Assembly (NCBI GenBank): GCA_964490075.1
Contig: CAZBBK010000007.1
Coordinates: 64,383-128,382, forward strand
Length of the DNA stretch: 64,000 bases
Direction: 5' to 3'
Origin: an uncultured Gemmatimonadota bacterium
Lineage (GTDB): Bacteria > GCA-2686955
Made by a program: the position numbers and the translations under genes. The notes under the pieces were generated by a model. The model ran no database searches, was not told the origin of the DNA, and worked only from the letters and a program-made list of their open reading frames with translations. Below, in pieces: positions 35,072 through 44,926 of this stretch (positions within the stretch are counted from its first letter, which is position 1; each line of letters opens with the position of its first letter).

Positions 35072-36176
35072 CTAGTCCGAGTGGGTCTTGGAGAGCAAGA
35101 AGGCGCGCACGAAGGGATCGAGTGCCCCGTCGAGCACTGCCTGGATGTTGCCGGTTTCGTGCGCGGTTCTGTGGTCCTTGACCATGGTGTAAGGATGTAG
35201 CACGTAGGATCGAATCTGATTCCCCCAGGCGATTTCGGTCTTGGCGTCCTCCAGAGCCTGGCGCTTTTCGGCCTCTTCGTCGCGCGCCCGCTGGTAGAGC
35301 CGCGCCGCCAGGATCTTCATGGCCGAGTCACGGTTGCGAAGCTGGGAGCGTTCGGTCTGGCAGGTGACGACGATGTTGGTGGGCAGGTGGGTCAAGCGCA
35401 CCGCCGACGAGGTCTTGTTGACATGTTGACCGCCGGCTCCCGAGGCCCGAAAAGTGTCGACCCGGAGGTCGGAGTCCTGGATGTCGATCTTGAGATCGTC
35501 GTCGACTTCCGGGTAGGCGAACACCGAGGCGAAGGAGGTCTGGCGGCGCGCCGAGGAGTCGAAGGGGCTGATCCGCACCAGGCGGTGGACGCCGCACTCG
35601 GCGCGCAAGTAACCGAGGGCGTGCTCGCCCTGCACCTGAATCGTCGCACCCTTGATGCCGGCCTCTTCGCCCGGCTGCAGGTCGAGAACCTCGGAGCGCC
35701 ATCCACGTGAGTCGAACCAGCGCGTGTACATGCGCATGAGCATCTGGGCCCAGTCGTCGGCGTCGGTTCCTCCGGCCCCGGAGTTGACCGTGAACACACC
35801 GTTTCTGTGATCGTCCGGTCCGTCGAGCAGACTTTCGACCTCGAATGCGTCGACCCGTGGAGCCAATGCCTCCACCTCCGCCGCGACCTCCTCGAGGGTC
35901 GACTCGTCGTTCTCGGTCGTCGCCAGCTCCAGCAGCACCGCCGCATCCTCGGCGGCTGCGGCCAGCTCTTTCCAGCGCTCGATGCAGCGACGGTGGCCGC
36001 GCGACTCGGCGATGACCCGGCGGGAACGATCCTGGTCGTCCCAGAACCCGGGCTCGGCCATCAACGCCTCCAGGCGCTCCAGTTCCTGCTCGCGTTTGGT
36101 TACGTCAAAGATACTCCTTGAGCCGGATGATCTTCTTGGAGATCGCGGCCAGGGGAAGCTCTACTTCGCGGGACAT
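35072..36176 (-). CDS. prfB: peptide chain release factor 2, expressed by programmed +1 frameshift
   Basis: Frame-0 ORF 'MSREVELPLAAISKKIIRLKEYL' ends at in-frame UGA within 'AAGGAG UAU CUU UGA C' (36105-36107). The +1 frame continues 'DVTKREQELERLEAL MAEPGFWDDQ...' with SPF and GGQ motifs. Confidence 0.9.
36099..36122 (-). other. prfB programmed +1 ribosomal frameshift site (internal SD AAGGAG, CUU UGA C)
   Basis: Read directly on the minus strand: ...CTC AAG GAG TAT CTT TGA CGT AAC... Confidence 0.85.
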
Positions 36177-36257
36177 CGGCGGGTTCCTCTGCTGGGTCGA
36201 AATGCGTGCATGACGGCAAACTTCGATATTACTCAACGGGCGCGGCTCCGCGAGGAA

Positions 36258-36863
36258 CTATCGGCGCAGAATCGCATCGACCACACGCCGCGTCTCGTCG
36301 CGGAGCCCTTCGAGCGTTCCGTTGTTGTCGATCACGTGGTCGGCGCGGGCGACCTTTTCGGTCAGCGGAATCTGCGCGGCGATCCGGGCCCGCACCGCCG
36401 ACTCGCTCAACCCGCGCAGCCTCACCAGTCGATCGATTCGCCGCTGCTCCTCGCAGTCCACCACCACGATCGTCTGGTAGCGGGACTGCAGGTTCGACTC
36501 GAAGAGCAAGGGGATGTCGAGCACGATGAGCCGGTGTCCGCCCTCGGACTGGAGGGCATCGACCCGCTCGGCCATCTCGCGGCGAACATAGGGGTGGACG
36601 ATCGACTCCAGAGCGTGCCGCGCCTGCGCATCGCCGAAAACCAGATCGGCCACGCGTTCGCGGTCGAGAGCGCCATCTTCGCGCAGGACCTCAGGCCCCA
36701 GCATCGCCACCACCTGGCGCAACCCTTCCGATCCCGGCGTCAGCGCATCGCGCGCCAGCCGATCGGCGTCCACCAGGGCGCATCCGAGCTGCTGCAAGAT
36801 CCGGCCCACGGTCGTCTTGCCGGCACCGATCCCTCCGGTCAGGGCGACGATCGGAGCCCTCAT
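36258..36863 (-). CDS. coaE: dephospho-CoA kinase
   Basis: 'IVALTGGIGAGKTTV' P-loop, about 200 aa. ATG at 36863 overlaps the polA stop (ATGA). Confidence 0.8.
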   Translation of the reverse strand: MRAPIVALTGGIGAGKTTVGRILQQLGCALVDADRLARDALTPGSEGLRQVVAMLGPEVLREDGALDRERVADLVFGDAQARHALESIVHPYVRREMAERVDALQSEGGHRLIVLDIPLLFESNLQSRYQTIVVVDCEEQRRIDRLVRLRGLSESAVRARIAAQIPLTEKVARADHVIDNNGTLEGLRDETRRVVDAILRR

Positions 36864-39544
36864 TGGTGGGCCTCGAGCCAGTTGCGACCGCTGCCTCCGT
36901 CGACCACCAGCGGTACTTCCAGCTCGGCGAAGGCGCCGCTCATGTGCTCGCGCACCATCGGCATCAAGCGCTCCAGCTCCTCCACCGGCGCGTCGAAGAC
37001 CAGCTCGTCGTGCACCTGCAGCGTCATCTTGCTGCGCAGGCGAGCGCGGATCAGCTCTTCGTCGATGCGGATCATCGAGAGCTTGATCAGGTCGGCCGCC
37101 GAGCCCTGGATCGCGGTGTTCACCGCCGCCCGCTCGGCGAACTCGCGCACCTGCCGGCTCGACTCGTTGATCTCGGGCAGGTAGCGCCGGCGGCCGAGCA
37201 TCGTGCTGACGTAGCCCTCGCTGCGGGTGCGGGCCACGGTTTCGTCGACGAATTCGCGGATGCGCGGAAAATGCCCGAAGTAGGCGTCGATGAATGCGTG
37301 GGCCTCGTCGACCGAGATGCCCAGGCGGCTCGAGAGCCCGAAGGCTCCCATGCCGTAGATCACGCCGAAGTTCACCACCTTCGCTCGGCGCCGCTGCGCG
37401 GCGTCGACCGCGTCGGGCTCGGCCCCGAAGATCCGGGCGGCGGTGGCGGCGTGGATATCGTCGCCACGCCGGAAGGCCTCGCGCAGATGCTCGTCGCCCG
37501 ACAGATGAGCCAGGATGCGCAGCTCGATCTGCGAGTAGTCGGCGGAATAGAGCACCCAGCCTTCGCCGCCGGCGACGAAGGCGGCGCGGATCTTCCGCCC
37601 CTCTTCGGTGCGAATCGGGATGTTCTGGAGATTGGGATCGGCGGAGGAGAGCCGGCCGGTGGCGGCCACGGCCTGCTGGAAGCTGGTGTGGATGCGCCCG
37701 GTCCGGGGATGTACCAGCCGCGGCAAGGCCTCGACGTAGGTGGAGCGCAGCTTGACCAGCTCGCGGTTCTCCAGGATCAGCCGCGGCACCGCATGCTCGC
37801 GCGCCAGCGTTTCCAGAACCTGAGCATCGGTCGAGTAGCCGGTCTTGGTCTTGCGCAGCGGCTTCAAGCCCAGCCGGTCGAAGAGGATTCGCTGGAGCTG
37901 CTTGGGCGAGTTGACGTTGAAGGGCTCTCCGGCGGCCTCGTGGATCTCGGTCTCCAGGGCGGCGGAACGCTGCTCCAGCTCCAGGGAGAGCTTCTTCAAA
38001 CGCAGCGCGTCGATCGCCACGCCGTTGGCTTCCATGCGCGCCAACACCTGGATCAGCGGCACCTCCACGTCGCGGAAGAGCGTGTCGAGCCCCTTCTCCT
38101 CGAGCTGCGGCAAAAAGAGGTCCCGCAGACGCCGGGTCACGACGGCGTCCTCGGCGGCGTACTCCGCCGCCCGATCGACCTCGACTTCGTCCATTCCGAT
38201 CTGGCTGGCGCGCCGCTCGCCGATCAGCGACGAGATCGGGATCATGCGGTGCCCCAGGTGGCGCATCGCGAGGAAATCGAGGCCGTGCTGGCGCGAGGCC
38301 GAGTCGAGCAGGTAGGAGGCGATCATGGTGTCGCACTCGATCCCGTCCAGGGGTAGCCCGGCGCGGCGCAGAACATGAAGATCGTACTTGATGTTCTGGC
38401 CGCACTTGCCGATCGAAGGGTCGCTCAGCAAGGGGCCGAGGAGCTCGCGCACCGTCTCCAGCTCGATCCGGGGTCCCTGGCGGTGGGAGATCGGAACGTA
38501 GAAGCCGGTCTCGCCGTCGATCGAGAGCGAAATGCCGACCAGCTCGGCACGCTGCGGATCGACGTCGGTGGTCTCGGTGTCGATCGTGACCGCACCGGCG
38601 GCCCGGATCGCCGCCGCCAGCCGCTCACATCCCGCCCGGTCGGCGACGATCTCGAAGCACATGCGCAGCTCATCGGCGGCGAAGCCCATGCGTTCGATCA
38701 GGCTGCGCGATTCCAGGCCGACCACCAGCTCGCGCAGACGCTCGTCGTCCCGGCCTCCCACGCGCATGGCGCACAGATCGAGCGCGACCGGCGCTTCGCG
38801 GTCGATCAGGACCAGGCGCAGCGAAAGCCGGGCCTGCTCCGCGTTGGCCGCCAACCGCTCCCCCAGCTTGCCCTTGATCTCCGGCGCGTGTTCGAGGATC
38901 GACTCGAGCCCCCCGTAGGCGCGGACCAGCTTGACCGCGGTCTTCATGCCGACGCCCGGAACGCCGGGCACGTTGTCGGCCGAATCCCCGGCCAGAGCCA
39001 GCACGTCGGCGACATGTTCGGGCGGCACTCCGAAGCGCTCCTCGACACCCCCGGAATCGAGCAGCAGCCCCTCGTCTCCCGACTTGGGCGGAGTCAGCAC
39101 CCGCGCATGGGGCGTGACGAGCTGGTAAAAGTCCTTGTCGGAGGTGACCAGGAAGACCTCGAGCCCCGCGGCCTCGGCCTGGCGCGCCAGCGAGCCCATC
39201 AGGTCGTCGGCCTCGTAGCCCTCGCGCTCCAGGATCGGCACGCCCAGGGCGGCGATCATCTCGCGCATCAGCTCGAGCTGCTCGCGCATCTCGTCGGGCA
39301 TCTTCGCGCGGGTGCCCTTGTAGGCGGGATAGAGATCGTGGCGGTAGGTCTTGCCCAGATCGAGCACGAAGGCCAGGTGGTCGGGCCGACGCTTGTCGAG
39401 CAGATCGAGCAGGTTGTGGGTGACGCCGTAGACGGCGCTGATGTTCTGGCCCTTGGCGTTGATCAGAGGCTGGCGGATGAACGCGAAGTAGGCGCGGTAG
39501 GCCAGCGCATAGCCGTCTACCAGGTAAAGAGATGGACGGGACAT
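36860..39544 (-). CDS. polA: DNA polymerase I
   Basis: 5'-3' exonuclease N-terminus ('LYLVDGYALAYRAYFA'), 3'-5' exonuclease and polymerase domains ('DYSQIELRILAHLS', C-terminal 'NWLEAHQ'). Start MSRPSLY about 39544; the ORF-track extension to 40453 is Arg/Gln-rich and overlaps the next gene. Confidence 0.85.
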   Translation of the reverse strand: MSRPSLYLVDGYALAYRAYFAFIRQPLINAKGQNISAVYGVTHNLLDLLDKRRPDHLAFVLDLGKTYRHDLYPAYKGTRAKMPDEMREQLELMREMIAALGVPILEREGYEADDLMGSLARQAEAAGLEVFLVTSDKDFYQLVTPHARVLTPPKSGDEGLLLDSGGVEERFGVPPEHVADVLALAGDSADNVPGVPGVGMKTAVKLVRAYGGLESILEHAPEIKGKLGERLAANAEQARLSLRLVLIDREAPVALDLCAMRVGGRDDERLRELVVGLESRSLIERMGFAADELRMCFEIVADRAGCERLAAAIRAAGAVTIDTETTDVDPQRAELVGISLSIDGETGFYVPISHRQGPRIELETVRELLGPLLSDPSIGKCGQNIKYDLHVLRRAGLPLDGIECDTMIASYLLDSASRQHGLDFLAMRHLGHRMIPISSLIGERRASQIGMDEVEVDRAAEYAAEDAVVTRRLRDLFLPQLEEKGLDTLFRDVEVPLIQVLARMEANGVAIDALRLKKLSLELEQRSAALETEIHEAAGEPFNVNSPKQLQRILFDRLGLKPLRKTKTGYSTDAQVLETLAREHAVPRLILENRELVKLRSTYVEALPRLVHPRTGRIHTSFQQAVAATGRLSSADPNLQNIPIRTEEGRKIRAAFVAGGEGWVLYSADYSQIELRILAHLSGDEHLREAFRRGDDIHAATAARIFGAEPDAVDAAQRRRAKVVNFGVIYGMGAFGLSSRLGISVDEAHAFIDAYFGHFPRIREFVDETVARTRSEGYVSTMLGRRRYLPEINESSRQVREFAERAAVNTAIQGSAADLIKLSMIRIDEELIRARLRSKMTLQVHDELVFDAPVEELERLMPMVREHMSGAFAELEVPLVVDGGSGRNWLEAHQ

Positions 39545-39651
39545 CGGCTCTCCGGCGCAGGGTGCGGATTCGCGGGAAGAGTACACCAAAGCCCCCGACC
39601 GAGAGCCCGGGGGCCCTGGGTCGGGGGCGGAGTCGGCGAATCTCGCGCGCT

Positions 39652-40623
39652 CTACTCGTCGGAGGCCGAAGAGGCGCGGCGACGGCCCTTGCGGCGGTTC
39701 TTCTTGGGCTTCTTGTTCTTGGCTTTCTGGTCGCGGTTCTTCCAGGCCTTCTTGGCGCCGTCGGGATTGTCTTGGGCCTTGTCGTAAGCCTTGTTCGACT
39801 TGTCCGGGTTCTTCCAGGCCTTCTTGGTCGCCTCTGGATGGCGCGCGGCCTCGCCGTGTACCTTCTTCGCCGCCTTGGGATTCTTGCCGGAGGCGTCGAT
39901 CACCTTCTTGGATCGGGCCTCGTTGCGCCACGCGGCCTCGACCTGGTTCGGGTGCTGATCGGCGTAGTTGTTGACGCGCTTGGAGTACTCGGGGAATTGG
40001 TCCTCGTGGTCGAGGATGTACTTGGTCTTGGCTTGCGAGTTCCACACATCGTCGCGCCACTCGGGATGATGCTTGAGCAGCTCCGCCTCTTCGCGCGCCA
40101 GGGCCGGGTTCTTCTTGGCGTGTTCGGCGAAGTAGCCGCTCTTGCGAGTGTCGCCCAGAACCGCCCGGAACTGCCCGGGATGGCGCTCCAGGTCCCGCAC
40201 CACCGCGCGCGCGCGCTCGGGATTGCGCTCGTAGTAGCGACCCACCTGCTTGGTGAGGGCGGGGTTCTGGTACATCAACTTGACCGCCCCGGGGCGATCG
40301 TTGAAGTAGCGGATCGCCTCTCGGGTGCGGGCCGGGTACTTCTCGAGCGCGGCGTTGCCCTCTTTGAAGTAGCCGGGATTGGTGTTCATCTTCTCGATGA
40401 CCTCGGGACGCGCGGCCAGCTCCAGGGCGTGCTCGCGGGTCTCGACCGGCCACTTGTTCATCGACTGCATGAAGCGCTCTCGCGCCAGGGCCGACTCGGA
40501 AAGGGTGGTTCCGTCGTTCTGGGCGGGGGTATCGGACGCCAACGCAGCCAGCGGCGCGGCGACCAACGCCGCGCTCACCAACAGGATCCGGCTCGTCCCG
40601 CGCATCAATCTGTTTGCGTTCAT
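39652..40623 (-). CDS. secreted repeat protein with Lys/Arg-rich C-terminal tail, unknown function
   Basis: Signal peptide 'MNANRLMRGTSRILLVSAALVAAPLAALA'. About 8 degenerate 20-30 aa repeats built around NP/HP..(Y/W) ('NPGYFKEG', 'NPALTKQVGRYY', 'HPEWRDDVWN', 'NPKAAKKVHGE', 'KKAWKNPD'). Tail 'KAKNKKPKKNRRKGRRR'. ATG at 40623 verified. Confidence 0.55.
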   Translation of the reverse strand: MNANRLMRGTSRILLVSAALVAAPLAALASDTPAQNDGTTLSESALARERFMQSMNKWPVETREHALELAARPEVIEKMNTNPGYFKEGNAALEKYPARTREAIRYFNDRPGAVKLMYQNPALTKQVGRYYERNPERARAVVRDLERHPGQFRAVLGDTRKSGYFAEHAKKNPALAREEAELLKHHPEWRDDVWNSQAKTKYILDHEDQFPEYSKRVNNYADQHPNQVEAAWRNEARSKKVIDASGKNPKAAKKVHGEAARHPEATKKAWKNPDKSNKAYDKAQDNPDGAKKAWKNRDQKAKNKKPKKNRRKGRRRASSASDE

Positions 40624-40874
40624 GATCGAGTCACTCCAGTTCATCGGTTTCGTTGCGGCGCTCGGTCCGGATCGCCGAATCCGGGCGGGCCGGGAGCACC
40701 GGTCAATCGAAGATGGCGAATCGCCAACGGCTTGCAGAGCTCGTGCCAACCGAGCGCGGCGATCCGAACTCCTTTCCTGTCAATGGCTCAGGCCAACGTC
40801 CACCGGCTCCCTGAGTCGCCGGAAGGTCCTCCGGAGACATCCAATGTCCTCCTCCGGGACAGGGTCTGCGCGGC

Positions 40875-41666
40875 TCAATCCTCCGGCGGGCGCCGAAAAC
40901 GGTAGCCGATTCCGTGCACGGTCTCGATGACTTCTACCGAGCCGATCAGCTCCCTGAGCTTCTTGCGAACCCGCGTCACGTGCGTGTCCACGGTCCGGTC
41001 GATGCCGACGAAGTCCGTCCCCCAGACCGCATTGAGCAGCTCCTGGCGGCTGAACACACGTCCCGGGCGACGGGCGAGATGGACCAGGAGATCGAACTCC
41101 TTTCCGGTCATGGTGAGCTCACCATCGGCACCGCTGACCACTCGCTGGTCGAGATCGATGCTGGTCCCCCGGCCGATCGGGAGCAGGCGGTTGGCCGACT
41201 GGGTGATCCGCGCACGCCGCAGCAGCGCCCGCACCCTGGCCCGAAACTCTCGGGCGCCGAAGGGCTTGGTGAGATAGTCGTCGGCTCCTACCTCGAGCCC
41301 GAGGACCACGTCGACCTCTTCCGCGAGTGCGGTCAGCATGAGCACGACATCGCGCTGGCCGCGCTCTTCACGGAGACGTCGGCAGACATCCAGCCCGCTG
41401 AGGCCGGGCAGCATCAGATCGAGAACGATCAGATCGGGTTCCGAGGCCCGCACCACCTCGAGCGCCTCGGTGCCGTTCTCGCACTCGACCACCCGGCAGC
41501 CGGAGGCCTCCAGGTTCATGCGGATGATCGAGCGCACCTGCGACTCGTCCTCGACCACCAGCACGAGTGGCTGGTCTGGGTGCTGGGTCTCGCTCAAGGC
41601 TCGTCCAACTGGTTGTCGAATCTCCACCCGGTGCGGGAGGGTTCCGGCCGGGTGCTCGCAGAGCAT
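40875..41666 (-). CDS. OmpR/PhoB-family response regulator (receiver plus winged-helix), no cognate kinase nearby
   Basis: 'LVLVVEDE', 'DLIVLDLMLPGLSG', 'MLTA', 'DDYLTKPF', C-terminal 'VDTHVTRVRKKL...IETVHGIGYRF'. True start probably downstream of the track's 41666. Confidence 0.8.
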   Translation of the reverse strand: MLCEHPAGTLPHRVEIRQPVGRALSETQHPDQPLVLVVEDESQVRSIIRMNLEASGCRVVECENGTEALEVVRASEPDLIVLDLMLPGLSGLDVCRRLREERGQRDVVLMLTALAEEVDVVLGLEVGADDYLTKPFGAREFRARVRALLRRARITQSANRLLPIGRGTSIDLDQRVVSGADGELTMTGKEFDLLVHLARRPGRVFSRQELLNAVWGTDFVGIDRTVDTHVTRVRKKLRELIGSVEVIETVHGIGYRFRRPPED

Positions 41667-41725
41667 AGAGCGAAGAGCGCATCGGATTGAAGATGGAATG
41701 GCGAGGGTGACAGTCGGTAGGTAAT

Positions 41726-41753
41726 TGATTACGCACCTGGCGAGGGCGTATCA
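41726..41753. promoter_or_regulatory. imperfect inverted repeat TGATtACGC-N11-GCGTATCA in the divergent intergenic region
   Basis: Seen in the sequence between the response regulator (minus) and the small secreted protein gene (plus); local GC dip. Confidence 0.25.
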
Positions 41754-41986
41754 CGTTGGAAATCACCAACTTGGACCGTGGCCACGATGCCCTCGCGAGA
41801 ATCCCCACATTCCCGCGCATCGCGACGGGAAGTGCGTTATCCTCCCACCTGCAAGTGGATCGAATGAGGAGCCGCGGGTCGCGCGCGAGCCCTCCCGAAC
41901 CGGGAGGCCGCTGGGGCGAGGCGCCGGATCCGATGTCGATCTGAACACCCCAGCAGGCAACACTGCATGCAGTTGGAGGCTCTTCC

Positions 41987-42523
41987 ATGAAGAAGACCCT
42001 GTTCGCTCTCCTGTCTCTCGGCCTCGCCGGCTCAGCCATGGCTTCGAATGTGAATCTGGCTGCCAATCAGGCCGTCGAGTTCGTGCCCGTCACCAATGAC
42101 GTCGTCTCCGTCCGCACCGACAAGTCGGACTGGGAGCAGACCGAGTGGTACGACAGCTGGTTCGCCGATGGTGGCGGCCCGAGCTGGTACACGCCCGAAG
42201 ATTATGTCTTCGCGTCGGGTGACACCCTTGAGGTCATCGTCTTCATTCACCTCGAAGGCGCGACCACGAACTTCGTACGCATCGACGCGTTCTACCTCTG
42301 CGGTACCGTCGATCCGTTCGGCTTCGTCATGACCAGCGGGCTGATCGACTTCGGTCCGATCCCCGAGAACCAGCCCGACTACGGCTGGATCACCGGCATC
42401 GGCTACGTCATCCCCGCCCTGCCGTCTGTCTCCATCGACAGCGCGAGCCGCGTTCTCTGGAACGGCACGATCGATTGTGGCGTGCCCCTGACCGGCCGTC
42501 CCGACTGCGCGACCATCAACTAG
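41987..42523 (+). CDS. small secreted protein with three Cys, unknown function
   Basis: Signal peptide 'MKKTLFALLSLGLAGSAMA', GGAGG 8 nt upstream. Lower GC than neighbours; no recognisable domain. Confidence 0.5.
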   Translation: MKKTLFALLSLGLAGSAMASNVNLAANQAVEFVPVTNDVVSVRTDKSDWEQTEWYDSWFADGGGPSWYTPEDYVFASGDTLEVIVFIHLEGATTNFVRIDAFYLCGTVDPFGFVMTSGLIDFGPIPENQPDYGWITGIGYVIPALPSVSIDSASRVLWNGTIDCGVPLTGRPDCATIN

Positions 42524-42612
42524 CGCGCATCCTCGGCCAGCGAACGCTGGTGAAGCCCCCGAGGCCCAGGTCTCGGGGGCTTCCTTTTCTGCGGGATCCC
42601 GGGCGCGGTCTC

Positions 42613-43473
42613 CTAGGCCAGCCCCTCCAGCAAGAGCACCACGACGAAGGCCAGGATCCCCCCTCCCAAGGCGATCCCGCGCACCGGCCACGATCGCGCC
42701 AGCAGACGATCGGCGAGGTGGACACGATCGGGGCGTAGCATGGGGGATCCGCTCGCCGCGCGCCGGACCACGGTGCTGATCAGCTCGGCGAGCGGCAGCA
42801 ACACCAATCCGATCGCGAGCGCGCCTTCGCCGCGCCGGGCAGCGTCGGCGGAGATCAGGGCCAGCGCGGTTCCCAGGAAGCGGGTGCCGGCGTCGCCGAG
42901 ATAGAGCCGCGAGGGGCGGCGCAGATTGAAGAAAAGGAAGGGGAGCAGCGCCAGGGCCACGATCTCGGGCAGGGGGCCAAGATCTCGGAAGGGCGCGGCG
43001 GCGACCAACGCCCCCACCACGACGCATCCCGCCAGTCCATCGGAGCCGTCCAGGAAGTTCAGCCCGTTGACGATCGCGATGATCCAGGGCACCAACGCGG
43101 CGGCGGCCAACCAATGGGCACCGCTCGCTCTCCCCCAGAGCGCGGCCACCAGGCACGCGGCGAGCACCTCGATGACCAGGCGGGCGCGGGCCGGCAGGTC
43201 GGCGTAGTCGTCGACCAGACCGAGCGCGAGGAAGAACCAGGCGGCCGCCAGGAGGGTCGCGGCGAGAGCCGACAACGGCCCGGAGAGGACCCATCCCAGG
43301 CTCGCGGCGAACGCCACCCCCAGCCCCCCCAGCGCCGGAACCGGCGGATCGCCAGGTGCGGCGCCGGGCCCGGGCGCGGCGTCGAATCCCCGACCCACGC
43401 CCCAGCGACTCAGCAGCGCCGCCCCAAGAGCCCCTGCGGCCAGGGTGATCGCCGCCGCGGATACGTCAACCAT
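42613..43473 (-). CDS. polyprenyl-phosphate N-acetylhexosamine-1-phosphate transferase (WecA/MraY glycosyltransferase family 4)
   Basis: 'IVNGLNFLDGSDGLAG' motif, multiple TM helices, about 286 aa. Confidence 0.65.
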   Translation of the reverse strand: MVDVSAAAITLAAGALGAALLSRWGVGRGFDAAPGPGAAPGDPPVPALGGLGVAFAASLGWVLSGPLSALAATLLAAAWFFLALGLVDDYADLPARARLVIEVLAACLVAALWGRASGAHWLAAAALVPWIIAIVNGLNFLDGSDGLAGCVVVGALVAAAPFRDLGPLPEIVALALLPFLFFNLRRPSRLYLGDAGTRFLGTALALISADAARRGEGALAIGLVLLPLAELISTVVRRAASGSPMLRPDRVHLADRLLARSWPVRGIALGGGILAFVVVLLLEGLA

Positions 43474-44926
43474 CTTCGGGCTCCAGGAGCCAGCGCCGCA
43501 GAACGCGGGCGGAGCCGAGAGCGGTCAGCGCGAGCAGGCCGACCAGGAGAGCGATGAGCGGCTTGGCGATGCCGAGATGAGCTGCGTAGACCCACCAGAA
43601 GTTGGGCGACGCCGTCGCCAGTCGGTGCAGGTCGGCCGCCACCGGATCGCCGGGCTCGGGTTCGATCTGGGGCGCCGACGCGGCGCCGCCGAGCACCGCG
43701 ATCGCCTCGCCCCAGTGCAGCACCAGAGGCGAAAGCGCCGGGTCGAAGAGCGGGTCGATCGCCTGCCCTTGGTCGACCATGGCGTCGAGGCGCTGGAAGT
43801 AGCGGCTCGGCGAGGCGACGACCGGCGGCAGCTGGGACGCCGCGCCGATCATTGCCAGCGCTACCCAGAGCAGACGATCGACGCCACGCTGTCGCAGTGC
43901 CACCAGGGGCAGCACGCTCAAAGGCACCAGAGGCAGCAGGTAGCGGGGTCCCCACGCCTCGGTGCCGTACCAGGCCGTGAACGAGCCGTAGAGCAACAGA
44001 TAACCTGCCGTGACCGCGAGCAGCGGCCGGGCCAGGGGGGAGCGCGCGAAGCCTCGGCGCCAGGCCAGGGGGAGCAAGAGGGCGGTCGGCACGAAGAAGA
44101 GAAAACCCCTGCCGGGCGAGGCGAGCAGTCCGAGGATCCCCACCGGCAGCGGCGAAGCCAGCTCATCGGCAAGCTCGCCGTAGCCGAGCGAGAGCGCGTT
44201 GCCGAAGCGCAGTGCGTTGAGCGCCAGCAGTCCGCTCGCCAAAAGAGCGAGGGGAGCCAAGAGACGAAGCGACGCGAACCCGCGACCCACCCGTCCGGCG
44301 CGGGCGATCCCCAACCAGATCAAGCCCGGGACGGCCACGAACGCGGCGAAACGGCAGAAGACGGCGCCGGCCAGCGCCCATCCGGCCAGCGCCAGAGCGC
44401 GCGGACTGGGAGCGCGAACCAGCAGCGCCAGGGCGAGCAACAGACAGAGGGTCTCGAGCGGCTGCTCGTTGTGCCATTTCGAGTAGGGCCAGGCCGGAGT
44501 GGCCAGGGCATAGGTCGCCGCGAGCGCCAGAGCGCGATGGCGCGAGGCGCCGAGCCCGCCGCGTGCAATGGCGAAGACCAGGGCGACGCCGAGCGCCGTG
44601 GCGAGCGGGAAGAGGCACGATGCCGCCGCCTGCTCCACCAATTCCACGGGCTGCAAGTCGAAGTGCTCCGCGGCGGCCCGTCCGGCGAGGTAGAAGGGGA
44701 CGAAGGCGAACGACTCGCCGAGACTGTAGGGAGCGTAGTGGCGGCCATCAGGACCCTCGACGCTGCGCACGCGGGGCGGAATGTCGATCGCTCCGCGCTC
44801 GACGATCGACCGGGTGACCAGGAAACGGCTGTAGTAGTCGTAGCTGGAGAGGTAGCCACGGGCGGTGAAGAGGTAGATCGAGGCGCAGAGCCCGAAGACC
44901 GCGAGGCTTGCGCGGCGCAGACTCAT
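43466..44926 (-). CDS. GT-C fold membrane glycosyltransferase (PMT/ArnT-like, GT39/GT83 type)
   Basis: 'IYLFTARGYLSSYDYYSRF' N-terminus, about 12 predicted TM segments, 486 aa. Confidence 0.5.
   Translation of the reverse strand: MSLRRASLAVFGLCASIYLFTARGYLSSYDYYSRFLVTRSIVERGAIDIPPRVRSVEGPDGRHYAPYSLGESFAFVPFYLAGRAAAEHFDLQPVELVEQAAASCLFPLATALGVALVFAIARGGLGASRHRALALAATYALATPAWPYSKWHNEQPLETLCLLLALALLVRAPSPRALALAGWALAGAVFCRFAAFVAVPGLIWLGIARAGRVGRGFASLRLLAPLALLASGLLALNALRFGNALSLGYGELADELASPLPVGILGLLASPGRGFLFFVPTALLLPLAWRRGFARSPLARPLLAVTAGYLLLYGSFTAWYGTEAWGPRYLLPLVPLSVLPLVALRQRGVDRLLWVALAMIGAASQLPPVVASPSRYFQRLDAMVDQGQAIDPLFDPALSPLVLHWGEAIAVLGGAASAPQIEPEPGDPVAADLHRLATASPNFWWVYAAHLGIAKPLIALLVGLLALTALGSARVLRRWLLEPEDG

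Noticed and set aside
40829-40855. GC-rich hairpin (CCGGAG...GACATccaATGTC...CTCCGG) about 20 nt downstream of the response regulator stop, as a possible intrinsic terminator.
   Set aside because: No U-tract follows on the transcribed strand, so it cannot be called a rho-independent terminator with confidence. It is mentioned only under the response regulator finding.
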